From positions 1 through 40,665 of the IMG/VR virus record IMGVR_UViG_3300042140_000371: a DNA stretch of 40,665 nucleotides; one strand, written 5' to 3'. The notes beneath the pieces were generated by a model, which was given only the letters and a program-made list of their open reading frames with translations, had not been told where the DNA came from and did not search any database. The position numbers and the translations under genes are program-made. This DNA comes from a virus (lineage: Duplodnaviria > Caudoviricetes). Below, piece after piece: positions 9,237-17,957 of this stretch (positions within the stretch are counted from its first letter, which is position 1; each line of letters opens with the position of its first letter).

Positions 9237-9610
9237 TTTTTGCCTGCGCCTCGTCCCATTTTTTTTGTGCCGTTGCCAGGTTCATTCCGAACGTTGCCGC
9301 CATCGACATAAACTGCGAGTATTTTTTGGCCCGCTGCTCGGGGCTGTTTGCGTCTTCCTTGACCTCTTTGCGCTGCCATTCGGCTTGCGGGTCTTCTATG
9401 GGTTCCGGCGCTCCGTCTTTGTCTCTGGCCCTATAGTAGAGGTCGTAAATCTGTCGGTCGGTCAGGTCGGCAATGGCGGCAAAAGTTAAATGGTACGGGG
9501 CGTCAATCAGGCACGCATAAAGCTGGTAGACGTTTACGTACCCGGCAAAGGTTCGTCGCTCATCGGGCTCGGCGTCGGCGCCCTCATGTCCTCCGCTTCC
9601 GTTTTTTTTT
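9226..9610 (-). CDS. Tail assembly chaperone, -1 frameshift extension (gpT-like part of gpGT)
   Basis: Overlaps 9534..10010 in the -1 frame; IADLTDRQI motif; directly upstream of tape measure. Confidence 0.75.
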
Positions 9611-10010
9611 GCGGGAAGCTCTGCGCCTGGATTAGCTCGAGTACCTGCGTAACCTCCTCGGGCCGATTCAAAAACAGAGCTTCCATTTCGTCCTCGGTGC
9701 AATCAAACACGAACGACGCAAAGGCCACGCCGCCGGCCATGGTGCCCAAGGCTTCGGTGCAATACGGGCCGCCGAATGCATATTTGCCGCTGGCGATGTC
9801 GGCCGTTACGGCTGCGCTCAAGGCCCGAAACTCGCTCATGTCTAGGTCTGACCTAAAACGCATTACGCTGGCCATGGCCCGCTTTTCCAGCCAGCGTTCG
9901 ACCTGGGATTTTACCCGTTGGGTGATTAGCCTGCCCTGATACGTTTTTCCGTTAAAGTTAATGCACATGGGGGCCGCTGCCGCCCCCAGTGCTTCGCTTG
10001 TCGTCGGCAT
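9534..10010 (-). CDS. Tail assembly chaperone (gpG-like)
   Basis: Between tail tube and tape measure; slippery A-run near its 3' end. Confidence 0.75.
   Translation of the reverse strand: MPTTSEALGAAAAPMCINFNGKTYQGRLITQRVKSQVERWLEKRAMASVMRFRSDLDMSEFRALSAAVTADIASGKYAFGGPYCTEALGTMAGGVAFASFVFDCTEDEMEALFLNRPEEVTQVLELIQAQSFPQKKTEAEDMRAPTPSPMSDEPLPGT
9602..9610 (-). other. Programmed -1 ribosomal frameshift site
   Basis: CAA AAA AAA ACG on minus strand (A AAA AAA heptamer); a -1 shift gives KKNGSGGHEG... in the 9226 frame. Confidence 0.75.
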
Positions 10011-10021
10011 TTAGCACGTCC

Positions 10022-10384
10022 TTAAACAGTGATGGTAAATTCGCCGGTGCTGGTGGCGGTGTAACTAATTTTGGCCACATCTTTAATAGACTGGTCAATT
10101 TTGACGCTGGTAAGCACGGCGTTTATCGTGAACGAAGGGCCGCCGGTGTTTAGGATAAAAACCACATGGTCGCCGGTGCCGGGCTGGCCACCGGCTGCAC
10201 CTGCATAGGGGCCGCTGGCGCTGATGTCGGCGCTGCGGATGCCGTACACGTGGCTGGCATAGCCGCCGTCCTCAAAATTGGTGGTTTCGATGGGATCGCA
10301 TTTGTAATCCAAGGACCAGTCGGTCAATTTTTGAGCGGTGCCGCCGACCGATACGCTGCCGCTTTTTCCTGCGTAAAATGCCAT
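10022..10384 (-). CDS. Major tail (tube) protein, minimal 120 aa
   Basis: GKSGSVSV...DWSLD...IETTNF...ADISASG...ISYTATSTG pattern of tail tube proteins; upstream of chaperones. Confidence 0.75.
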   Translation of the reverse strand: MAFYAGKSGSVSVGGTAQKLTDWSLDYKCDPIETTNFEDGGYASHVYGIRSADISASGPYAGAAGGQPGTGDHVVFILNTGGPSFTINAVLTSVKIDQSIKDVAKISYTATSTGEFTITV

Positions 10385-10398
10385 GGTTCATTCTCCTG

Positions 10399-10872
10399 TT
10401 ATACGCCGCCAATCAGGGTGATTTGGTAGGTGGCGCTGGTTGCTCCGGTGTTGGTTACGGTCAGGTTTTTGGCCGTGCCGCTGACGGTTGCATTGCTGCC
10501 GCCGCCTACAGTAATAAATGACCCGTCGGGCAGGGTTATTTCCCCTTCGGCATTCAAACACCAATCCAGCGGGTTGGTTGCACCCGGCGCCACGGTGATC
10601 TGCCCGCCCTGCACGGCCAGGTGCATGGCCCGGATTTTAGTAAATACAATCGCATCCCCAAAAAAATTGATAAGCGCCTGCAGGTCGTAGGTATGGCTTG
10701 CGGCGGCCGCTAATACCCGATTTTCAGCGAATACTTCGTTGATGGTGTTGATAGGCGGGGTTATAGAATTAGCGATGGAATCGGGGCCCTGTTTGGTGGC
10801 GGCGAAGCCGGTGTTGTTTTTGACCTGAGACCATTGGATTTTGCCGGTGATCACGCTGGTAGTTAGTGCCAT
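10399..10872 (-). CDS. Hypothetical virion protein
   Basis: Probable start ATG 10872 (MALTTSVITG), 1 nt after upstream stop; beta-rich; in neck/tail block. Confidence 0.6.
   Translation of the reverse strand: MALTTSVITGKIQWSQVKNNTGFAATKQGPDSIANSITPPINTINEVFAENRVLAAAASHTYDLQALINFFGDAIVFTKIRAMHLAVQGGQITVAPGATNPLDWCLNAEGEITLPDGSFITVGGGSNATVSGTAKNLTVTNTGATSATYQITLIGGV
10514..10523 (-). promoter_or_regulatory. GGTCATTTAT motif, intragenic copy
   Basis: Exact copy 129 nt upstream of tail tube ATG 10384. Confidence 0.55.
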
Positions 10873-10873
10873 T

Positions 10874-11317
10874 TTATGCGCTCCTATTTTCAATGCTGCT
10901 AAAGGTTAATCGAATGGCGGTGACGTCGTACACGGTGCCAGGGCCGGCGGCGGTGTTGTAGGCCGGGTCGAGGTCAATCGTGGTGTTGATGACGCTGGCC
11001 ACCTCGCCCAATTTTGGTTGGTTCATGGCCTGCCGGATGCGCTCCCGTAATTCCAGGGACCCGTACACCTCAACCTCGGTCACCCGGTCCGAGGCGTTTA
11101 CAATGGTGATCGTGACGGGGTACAGGTATTCGACCACCAGCCCGAATGCTTCCAGCCCGACGGTTTCGGCGCCGGGCCCAGGGCTGATGATGATCGCCGG
11201 TATGGCGTCGGTTGCCAAGAGGATTGGCCGCTTCCGTATTACGGGCGTAATCTCGTTGGAAACGCTTAATACACGCTGTTTGACGGCTTCCAGAATGTTG
11301 AAATAGGTGCTGCTCAT
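10874..11317 (-). CDS. Putative tail terminator / completion protein
   Basis: Probable start ATG 11317 (MSSTYFNILEAVKQ; ATGA overlap); size, PAIII motif and position. Confidence 0.55.
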   Translation of the reverse strand: MSSTYFNILEAVKQRVLSVSNEITPVIRKRPILLATDAIPAIIISPGPGAETVGLEAFGLVVEYLYPVTITIVNASDRVTEVEVYGSLELRERIRQAMNQPKLGEVASVINTTIDLDPAYNTAAGPGTVYDVTAIRLTFSSIENRSA

Positions 11318-11664
11318 ACGTCGTGGGCCGTGGGAAAATCGGGTCCGGCTTCGGTGGTCGTTTCTAAGGCGTAGTAGGCGCCGTTGCCTTGAAAAGTGAC
11401 GTCGTCGGTGTAGTAGTGCTTGCCCTCGGCGTCGGTGATCCGGCAATTGGGGACGGGTTTAAAATGGCCTAGGTGCGCTGACCATACCAGCCATCTTTGC
11501 GTTTGCCCTGGGCGCTGTAATCCTGCTTCATCGACAAAAACAAGCCTGCTCATACGCCTAAAACCGTAATCAATCGTGACTTCTTGGTTATCGGGGTTGC
11601 GTAGGGTGATGCGTTCGGGATTGTCTAGCATTTCCCAGCCGCCGGTGGTGTCAATCGTGGGCAT
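11314..11664 (-). CDS. Putative head closure (stopper) protein
   Basis: Probable start ATG 11664 (TAATG overlap); beta-rich, RITDAEGKHY; position after gpW-like gene. Confidence 0.55.
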   Translation of the reverse strand: MPTIDTTGGWEMLDNPERITLRNPDNQEVTIDYGFRRMSRLVFVDEAGLQRPGQTQRWLVWSAHLGHFKPVPNCRITDAEGKHYYTDDVTFQGNGAYYALETTTEAGPDFPTAHDV

Positions 11665-11888
11665 TAGATGATTTGCCCTCGTATTTCGGTGGGGCTGACC
11701 CGGTTCATCATGGTATTCATCACGCCGATCTGGGCGGCTAGTTTTTCCCGCCATGTCATACGGTCAACGCTCACGCCTTCCCAGCTATATGACGGTTGCG
11801 GGTTGGCGGCGTCGGCAACCAATGCGGTCAAATAACCGTCCCGAATGGTTTTTAAATCTTCTAGCTGTTCTACAATACTTTTTGCCAT
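11664..11888 (-). CDS. gpW-like head completion / head-tail joining protein
   Basis: Probable start ATG 11888 with AAGGGG RBS; helix - SYSWEGVSVDR hairpin - helix layout as in lambda gpW; matches lambda-type portal. Confidence 0.65.
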   Translation of the reverse strand: MAKSIVEQLEDLKTIRDGYLTALVADAANPQPSYSWEGVSVDRMTWREKLAAQIGVMNTMMNRVSPTEIRGQII

Positions 11889-11904
11889 GTTTTTCCCCTT
11901 ATTT

Positions 11905-11914
11905 ATAAATGACC
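11905..11914 (-). promoter_or_regulatory. GGTCATTTAT motif, candidate late promoter
   Basis: Exact copy 16 nt upstream of ATG 11888, where minus-strand transcription must resume after the antisense operon. Confidence 0.7.
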
Positions 11915-11940
11915 TAAATTTATTTTGAAAATCTTTGCTG

Positions 11941-11975
11941 TTGTGTCTTGACATATGTCAGACACAAGCTAGGAT
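11941..11975 (+). promoter_or_regulatory. Sigma70-type promoter overlapped by a palindromic operator
   Basis: TTGACA 11948-11953, 16 nt, TAGGAT 11970-11975; palindrome TTGTGTC(T)TGACAT/ATGTCAGACACAA 11941-11967. Confidence 0.7.
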
Positions 11976-12018
11976 AGGGGTAGTTAGAAGACGGAAACAC
12001 AAACAAGGAGATAGAATC

Positions 12019-12267
12019 ATGTTTAAGACAAAAAGACGGTATGAGGTGCGACGGGTTGGAACCAAAGCCAATTACGTGTGGGTAGTGTTCAAGATGCTGC
12101 CTGGCGGGAAAGAGCTCTGGTGCTTTGCACACCCTTCTTTGGAAATGTGTTTGGACCCGGTTTACAATTACCCAACGGCTAAGGTTGTTTGGTCTAATCC
12201 AGAAGATGAACCATACACAATTGAAGGCTTTTTGCGTGATCCTAATTGTCGCATGGTGAAGGCGTAA
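12019..12267 (+). CDS. Hypothetical protein (antisense operon gene 1)
   Basis: AAGGAG RBS then ATG 12019 (MFKTKRRYEV). Confidence 0.7.
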   Translation: MFKTKRRYEVRRVGTKANYVWVVFKMLPGGKELWCFAHPSLEMCLDPVYNYPTAKVVWSNPEDEPYTIEGFLRDPNCRMVKA

Positions 12268-12274
12268 TTCCAAA

Positions 12275-12303
12275 GGGCTCGGGGTGTTCTCGGGCCCGTT
12301 TTT
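12275..12303 (+). terminator. Possible intrinsic terminator inside the antisense operon
   Basis: GGGCTCG...CGGGCCC stem followed by GTTTTT. Confidence 0.45.
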
Positions 12304-12326
12304 AACTTTTTTAAGGAGTCTATTAA

Positions 12327-12566
12327 ATGATCTACGAGTTACAAACTTATGCGACTGAAGCAGAGGCGATTCTTGCGGCGGTACAATCCGCCCGAGAGTT
12401 TGCAATGAAATATGATGATGAGGCGGAAGAAAATGTATTGCTGGAAGATGGCAATACATTATTTGTTACATCTAACAGTTTGGGGAAAATAACCGATATA
12501 GTTTGCGGCGGTCATACTCTTTCTGGCCACGTGTTTTGTTCTAAAAAATTAGCAGAAAAATTTTAA
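12327..12566 (+). CDS. Hypothetical acidic protein
   Basis: TAAGGAG RBS, 79 aa. Confidence 0.7.
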   Translation: MIYELQTYATEAEAILAAVQSAREFAMKYDDEAEENVLLEDGNTLFVTSNSLGKITDIVCGGHTLSGHVFCSKKLAEKF

Positions 12567-12579
12567 AGGAGATGGAATC

Positions 12580-12783
12580 ATGGCGATTTTTGAAGGTTTT
12601 GTTTTGGCCAGCGATGGGAATTATTACGTTCAAAAGATTGACGCCAATGCCAAATTTGGCTTTTCAATTTGTGATGACGAGCAATCTTGGGAAGTTTTTC
12701 CGGGCACTTGGGTTGCTGTAAAAATAGAATCTGTGCCCGAAGCTGAAGTTAAAAGGCTTGGCTGGATATTGGAGGAAAAATAA
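12580..12783 (+). CDS. Hypothetical protein
   Basis: AAGGAG RBS, 67 aa, TAATG-coupled to the next gene. Confidence 0.7.
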   Translation: MAIFEGFVLASDGNYYVQKIDANAKFGFSICDDEQSWEVFPGTWVAVKIESVPEAEVKRLGWILEEK

Positions 12784-12998
12784 TGAAACCTAAAGCTAAA
12801 GGGGCCACGCCTCGCAAGACGTTCCGCCTTACGGAAAAAGACCTTGAAAAGCTGGAATATATCAGAACTAATTTTGATTGGTCAAGCGGCGGGGTTGAAA
12901 TACCGGCAACCACCACAAACGCCTTAAAGTTTGCAATAAATGTCGCTCACAATCTGGTTTCTTCAATAGCGCAAAACATTAAAAAAGGAGAAAAATGA
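12783..12998 (+). CDS. Putative ribbon-helix-helix DNA-binding protein
   Basis: RKTFRLTEKDLEKLEYI...TTNALKFAI: alternating strand then two helices. Confidence 0.55.
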   Translation: MKPKAKGATPRKTFRLTEKDLEKLEYIRTNFDWSSGGVEIPATTTNALKFAINVAHNLVSSIAQNIKKGEK

Positions 12999-13009
12999 AT
13001 TTTCCACGC

Positions 13010-16000
13010 CTAGCAATAGGCGTCCATAAGTTCCCTAATCCGTTTTACCCTGGGGTCGGCGTCGTCGCTGGCCTCGGGGATTTTTTTTGCCGGCGCTGCC
13101 TTGGGCTGCGGTGGCTTGATGCCACGGCGGGCGATGATGGCCTGGACTAGCTTGATTTTGGCGGCGTGTTGGTCGGTGGGCATGGTGGCCTCGGTGGTAA
13201 CTTTTTTGCTGCTTTGTATTTGCGCTCGCAATCTTTGAATGCGTTCGTCTAAATCTATTCTTTTTCGTTGTTTGGAAACAATGGAAGATCTGCTGTTGGC
13301 GCCTTGTTTATTAAGTGCAACTCGTTGATTTTCTAATTTTTCCAATTCTTTTTCGTCTTTTGATTTTGAAGATACATTGAACGATTTAAGAATAGATTTA
13401 ACCATTTCAGCGCTTGAAATATTTTTAGGCTTTTCTGCTGCCGGTGCGCTGTTGGCCTCGCCGGGGTTTGCTGGCGGCGGCGGTGTGTTTGACCCGCTGG
13501 GCCTGGTGTCTGCGAATGGCGCTTGCTGGTTCCAGTCTATTCCAGATTTTTTCAATATCCTTCTAGCCGCTTGGGTGCTTTCGTTGTCTTCGTGGCCGTT
13601 TGCGTTTTGAATTAGTTTTTCCGTGCGTGTTAATGGTCTAATTTCCCCGCTTGCGACTTTGTCGGCGTATTCTTTTCTAAGCTGGTCCCTGCGTGCGCTT
13701 AGTTCGTAATCCTTTTCTAGTTGTCGGTTTGCGTTTTTTTCTATTTGGTCGGGTTTTGCCCTTGGTTGTCTGTGTAGGGCAGGTTCTCCAAAGTCTTGGC
13801 GGCTGGCCCCATTGGTGGCAAGGTAAGTTTCTTCGTCCATGGCGGCGTCTGGTGCGGCTGGCGTGCTTGGCTCGGTGACGGGGTTGGCGTCAGGGCCGTT
13901 GTTTACCTGGCCAATCTTGTTCTTGGTGCCGGGCCCGAATAGGCCAAACATGTCTTGGGTGTCGTCTTTGCCTCTGCCTGCACCGGGCCGATCCAGTGGG
14001 TTGTCGCTGCCAGGTAATGGCTCGCCGGCGGCGGCCGCTGGTGCGTCGGGTGCAATGGGGACCTGTTCGCCAAAAAGACCGGGCATGGTCTCGGGGCCCT
14101 TGGGCGCTGTTGCCTTGACGGGGTTGCCAAAAAGGTCGGTGTTGCCTGCGGGGGCATTTGTTGGTTCATCCTTGGCGGCCACTAGCTCGCCGTTGCGCCA
14201 TTCCCGGCCTTGGGAATCAATCCCGGTGAATGCCTGGCGCTGCATGTGGCGGGCTACGGCGTCATCGGGTGCGGGGGTTGCTGTTGCCGGCGGTGGGGTT
14301 GGCTCATCGGTTTTGGGTTCTTCGGCCTTGGGCGCTTGGACGTTGGCCCCAAAGTCGAAGCTGGTATCTACTGGGCCGCTGGCGTTTCGGTCGTAGTCGT
14401 CGGCGTCGGCGCTGTCGTATCCGTCGCCAGTGACGGTTGCGTCTTGGCTGCTGCCCGTTTCTCCTGCTCCGCTATTATCCCATTCATCGAGTTCTGTAGC
14501 ACCCTCTTTTTCGCCTGCGCTTTCGCCAGCCTGTACGCCGCTTGTTCGACTGTTTTCAATAGATCGCTCATCGTGGCCTCCCTGTTCTGCTTGTTGTTTT
14601 GCCTTGTAATATGCTTCTTGCTCTAAGTCTATCTCTTTATCTACATTTCGCAAGGCTGAATGGTGACGGGCTTTCATTTCGTTCAATAAATGTTCGCCCG
14701 GATCGACACCCTCGGGAACGATGATATGCCCTTCCACTTGCAAAGTCTGCGCCATTTCGTCCAATCCCATGCCCTGCTTGCGGATAGCGTGCAATAGGCC
14801 GCCCTCGATGATGTCGGCTTGGTAGTCGTAACCGGCCTTGACACTGGCCGAGTTAATGCCGCCCTTGCGTTTTACGATGCTGATTAGACTGTCCTTGTTT
14901 CGTGCGGCCCGCTTCCATTTTGGTTTGGGTGCTCCCGGTGCTCCGGCTGCCGCTCCGGTGGCCTTGGGTGCATTGGTGAATTTTTGGGCGGCTAGGTGCG
15001 CTCTGCCTTCGGGCGTGAGTTTGTTGTTTTCGTCGATAAAGCCTTGCTTCTTCAAGCTGGCGACGGCGTCGGGCGTGATGTGACCAGCAACGTGTTGTTT
15101 CTTATTGCTTTTGAGTCGGAGCGCTTCTAGGGCGTCGGCGTCGGCCCCCAGTTTGGTTGCGGGTGCTGGTGCTGCTGCGGCTTGGGGCTTGGCGGGCCCG
15201 GTGGCCTTGCGTACGGTTTTGCCCTTTTGCAGATAGAGGTGCGCCCTGCCCTCGTCGGTTAGCTTGTTGGCGTCGTTGATAAAGCCCTGTTGTTTTAAGC
15301 TGGCAATGGCGTCGGGGGTAAGGTGGGCGGCGTTGTGCGGCTTCTTGTTGGATTTGAGTCTTAAGGCGTCCAGTGCCAGGGCGTCGGGGGTCATGCCGGC
15401 GGCGGCGGTGGGCGTGTCGGCGGGTTCGTCCTTGGCGGCGACAAGTGCACCATTGCGCCATTCCCTGCCTTGTGAGTCGGTGCCGGTAAAGCCGGGTTTG
15501 TCTGCGGCGGCGGTGGGTGTCTCATCGGCTTTGGAATAAAGTGGATTGCCGCCGGTGCCCTTTTTGATTTTTCCGCTTTTTTCTAATCGGCTTAAGGCTG
15601 CGTGTACCGGGTTGCTCATCCAGTCGTTTTCATCGTATTCCTTATGTCCTGCGGCCCTGCGTAGCTCGGTGGCCGTGGCATCGGGGTTATTTTTAAGGAA
15701 GTGCATGATTGAGTTTTCAACGTCGGCGTCGGCCTTGGCTTTTTTTTCTGCGGCGGCGCTATCTGCGGTTTTTTCTGCGGCGTGAAGGGCGTCAAGGTGG
15801 CGCTGCTTTACAGCCAAGGTATGGTGGCGTTTGTCGATCAAAATCATGCCGTGGTCGTACGGGTCGCCTGTTACATCGGATTTGTCTTTCAGTTCAAAGC
15901 TTTCAGTTTCTTCTGGCCGGCCGTCCCAGCCTTTTTCCCGGTCACTGTCGGACATTAAAAGCTTTCTTATTTCCGGCGTGATATGCTTTCGGTCTATTTC

Positions 16001-16483
16001 AAATAAGGCCCTGTCCTCGCCTCTTGCGTAATTTAATTGTTTGCCTTTTTTGATTAGCTTCTCGTATATCTTGTCTCGTGGGTCTTTCTTTAGCGTGGCC
16101 TTGGGCGCTTCCGCTGGTGCCTTTGCAAGTTTGGTTAAGTCCTCAACGCTCATGTTCATCAGGTCGTTAGCCACGGCGGCAACGTGTTCGGGCGGGGTGT
16201 CCTTGTGAAGTGCGTTTACTTTGGTTGCGGCGTCGCTGTGGGAAGGTGCTTGCCCTGCTGGAAGTGGTTTAGCGGCGGCGGCGTTGATGTTGGCTTTTTC
16301 CTGGGCGTTTGGATTTTTTACTTGGCGGCCGTCCTGATAATAACGGGTGTGCCCTAGCTTGTCTTTCTTTTGGCCGGTGAATCCGGCTTCCATCAGCCGC
16401 TTGCCTGCGGCCTTGGCGGATTGCATGGCCTCGATAATAATACGAGCAATAAAAGCGCCCTGGGCGCCGGTAAGGTTTTTCAT
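13010..16483 (-). CDS. Large mosaic protein (1157 aa), possible internal virion / ejected protein
   Basis: Follows capsid genes; duplicated modules, winged-helix-like segment, Ala/Pro linkers. Confidence 0.7.
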   Translation of the reverse strand: MKNLTGAQGAFIARIIIEAMQSAKAAGKRLMEAGFTGQKKDKLGHTRYYQDGRQVKNPNAQEKANINAAAAKPLPAGQAPSHSDAATKVNALHKDTPPEHVAAVANDLMNMSVEDLTKLAKAPAEAPKATLKKDPRDKIYEKLIKKGKQLNYARGEDRALFEIDRKHITPEIRKLLMSDSDREKGWDGRPEETESFELKDKSDVTGDPYDHGMILIDKRHHTLAVKQRHLDALHAAEKTADSAAAEKKAKADADVENSIMHFLKNNPDATATELRRAAGHKEYDENDWMSNPVHAALSRLEKSGKIKKGTGGNPLYSKADETPTAAADKPGFTGTDSQGREWRNGALVAAKDEPADTPTAAAGMTPDALALDALRLKSNKKPHNAAHLTPDAIASLKQQGFINDANKLTDEGRAHLYLQKGKTVRKATGPAKPQAAAAPAPATKLGADADALEALRLKSNKKQHVAGHITPDAVASLKKQGFIDENNKLTPEGRAHLAAQKFTNAPKATGAAAGAPGAPKPKWKRAARNKDSLISIVKRKGGINSASVKAGYDYQADIIEGGLLHAIRKQGMGLDEMAQTLQVEGHIIVPEGVDPGEHLLNEMKARHHSALRNVDKEIDLEQEAYYKAKQQAEQGGHDERSIENSRTSGVQAGESAGEKEGATELDEWDNSGAGETGSSQDATVTGDGYDSADADDYDRNASGPVDTSFDFGANVQAPKAEEPKTDEPTPPPATATPAPDDAVARHMQRQAFTGIDSQGREWRNGELVAAKDEPTNAPAGNTDLFGNPVKATAPKGPETMPGLFGEQVPIAPDAPAAAAGEPLPGSDNPLDRPGAGRGKDDTQDMFGLFGPGTKNKIGQVNNGPDANPVTEPSTPAAPDAAMDEETYLATNGASRQDFGEPALHRQPRAKPDQIEKNANRQLEKDYELSARRDQLRKEYADKVASGEIRPLTRTEKLIQNANGHEDNESTQAARRILKKSGIDWNQQAPFADTRPSGSNTPPPPANPGEANSAPAAEKPKNISSAEMVKSILKSFNVSSKSKDEKELEKLENQRVALNKQGANSRSSIVSKQRKRIDLDERIQRLRAQIQSSKKVTTEATMPTDQHAAKIKLVQAIIARRGIKPPQPKAAPAKKIPEASDDADPRVKRIRELMDAYC

Positions 16484-16515
16484 GGCCTGCCTTGCTAAAA
16501 AGCGCCGGGCGCCGG

Positions 16516-16761
16516 TTAGGTTAGCGCCACGACGGTAATAGGATTTTCAGTCTCGATGATGCCTAGGATTAATAAGTATTTTTGCCTTGCCTCATCAGCG
16601 TTTGCTGCCGGTATGGTAAGGGTCGGGTTGTCACGGATGGTGCATTGATACGTTGTTGCCGCCGGCGCTGCTGGTGCGGGCGCCTGGGTGCGTGCCTCCC
16701 CGGTGGATGGGTCCGAGGTGGGCACGCTGGCAGGGGCAGATTGGGAAACTTTTTTAGCCAT
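16516..16761 (-). CDS. Small hypothetical protein after capsid gene
   Basis: 81 aa, 2 nt after capsid stop; Pro/Ala-rich N-terminus. Confidence 0.65.
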   Translation of the reverse strand: MAKKVSQSAPASVPTSDPSTGEARTQAPAPAAPAATTYQCTIRDNPTLTIPAANADEARQKYLLILGIIETENPITVVALT

Positions 16762-16763
16762 TG

Positions 16764-17930
16764 TTAGTTAGACCCAAATACAACGTAACGGGGATCACGA
16801 ACAGCGGCGACGCCCATTAAGCTGGCTTTCACTGCCAAGGCAATGTCTTGCTCAAACTCTCTTGGGTTTTGCGCTGGTGCTTCCACGACGGTAAGCGGTT
16901 TGGCTTCCCGCCAGATGAACGCTTTCTTGAAGTCGCCCAGGAATACGTAGGAATCGGCGGTGGATGAAGCTATGCCGGATTCGGTCAGTAACCTACGGGC
17001 GTGAGGGCTGGTCAGGATTTGATAATCCTTGTCCAGTGGGTTTGGCGCTTCGATTTGATCGGGGTTGCCGGTGGTGGCAAAATCTCCCGACTTGGTCACG
17101 GTCGCTGAAAATGCCCTAATCGCTCGGTAGCGGTTAGCGGGCATGACAAGCATTTGTTTGGGCTCGATCAAAATGTTCTTGCCCGTGTTGGGGTCAAGCA
17201 TGTTCGTGAAAAGCTGTTCCAAGGTGTTAACCGAGGTCCAGTCTTTCAACGTAAAGCTGGTCACGGAATTTACCCAAGCGCCGCTAGATAAATAGGTGTT
17301 GTAGCTGGTGCCGTTCCACTTGTGGTTATTGGTCAAGCCAAGAACGACTTTTAAAATGCGTTCTTCACGTGCCAGGCCGCAATAGGTGCCGACGCTGCCG
17401 GCGCTGTCGAGAATTTGGCCGGTAAGGTCGCTGTAGATAGCTTCCATGGTGACGGCGCAAATTTTACCGATCTTCTCGATGGCGGGATACTCGATGTAGT
17501 TCGGGCTGAAGGTGGTATGCGGGTAGGGCATGCCTTCTTCGACCTTTTCCACGCTGTCAATCACGTTTGACAACCATGGCACCTTCTGTTCTTTAAGGTT
17601 GCCGTTGGTGACTGGGATAGTTTCGCAAACGTCGTCGCCGATCAGTTTGGCAAGATCAAACTTATCCTTGATCTCGTTTACTAAAAGCTGGCCAGTGATG
17701 GCGGTAAAGCTGGATGCGTCGACGCCTTCGCTGGCTTCTTGGACCCTGACGCCGCTGTTGTAGCGGTACAGGTTTTCGGCCCAGTTATGGCCCATAAAGC
17801 TTTCGGCCAGTTGGCGAATGCTGATGCTGTGCTTGCTGATTTTTTTCTCTCGGATGGCGTCACCCAAAAACTTTGCGGTCTTGGTGATGCCGTACGATTC
17901 AGTAAGCTTTTTAAGTTTTTGTCCTAACAT
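16764..17930 (-). CDS. Major capsid protein (HK97 fold, Mu gpT-like)
   Basis: 388 aa; EKVEEGMPYP...KIGKICAVTMEAIYSDLTGQI...AREERIL; terminal GVAAVRDPRYV; follows protease and decoration genes. Confidence 0.88.
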   Translation of the reverse strand: MLGQKLKKLTESYGITKTAKFLGDAIREKKISKHSISIRQLAESFMGHNWAENLYRYNSGVRVQEASEGVDASSFTAITGQLLVNEIKDKFDLAKLIGDDVCETIPVTNGNLKEQKVPWLSNVIDSVEKVEEGMPYPHTTFSPNYIEYPAIEKIGKICAVTMEAIYSDLTGQILDSAGSVGTYCGLAREERILKVVLGLTNNHKWNGTSYNTYLSSGAWVNSVTSFTLKDWTSVNTLEQLFTNMLDPNTGKNILIEPKQMLVMPANRYRAIRAFSATVTKSGDFATTGNPDQIEAPNPLDKDYQILTSPHARRLLTESGIASSTADSYVFLGDFKKAFIWREAKPLTVVEAPAQNPREFEQDIALAVKASLMGVAAVRDPRYVVFGSN

Positions 17931-17957
17931 GGTTTGGTTCCTTTCGGGGGTTTTAAA

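Noticed and set aside
9611-9702. Independent start of the 9226..9702 ORF
   Set aside because: This part overlaps the chaperone gene; the -1 frameshift at 9602-9610 explains the downstream coding region
11904-11910. T4-type late promoter TATAAATA read on the plus strand
   Set aside because: ATAAAT faces away from the adjacent genes, and the conserved unit includes GACC; the coding-strand reading GGTCATTTAT fits gene positions better
11920-12459. 179-aa minus-strand ORF
   Set aside because: Shadow of plus-strand genes that have strong RBSs and a promoter
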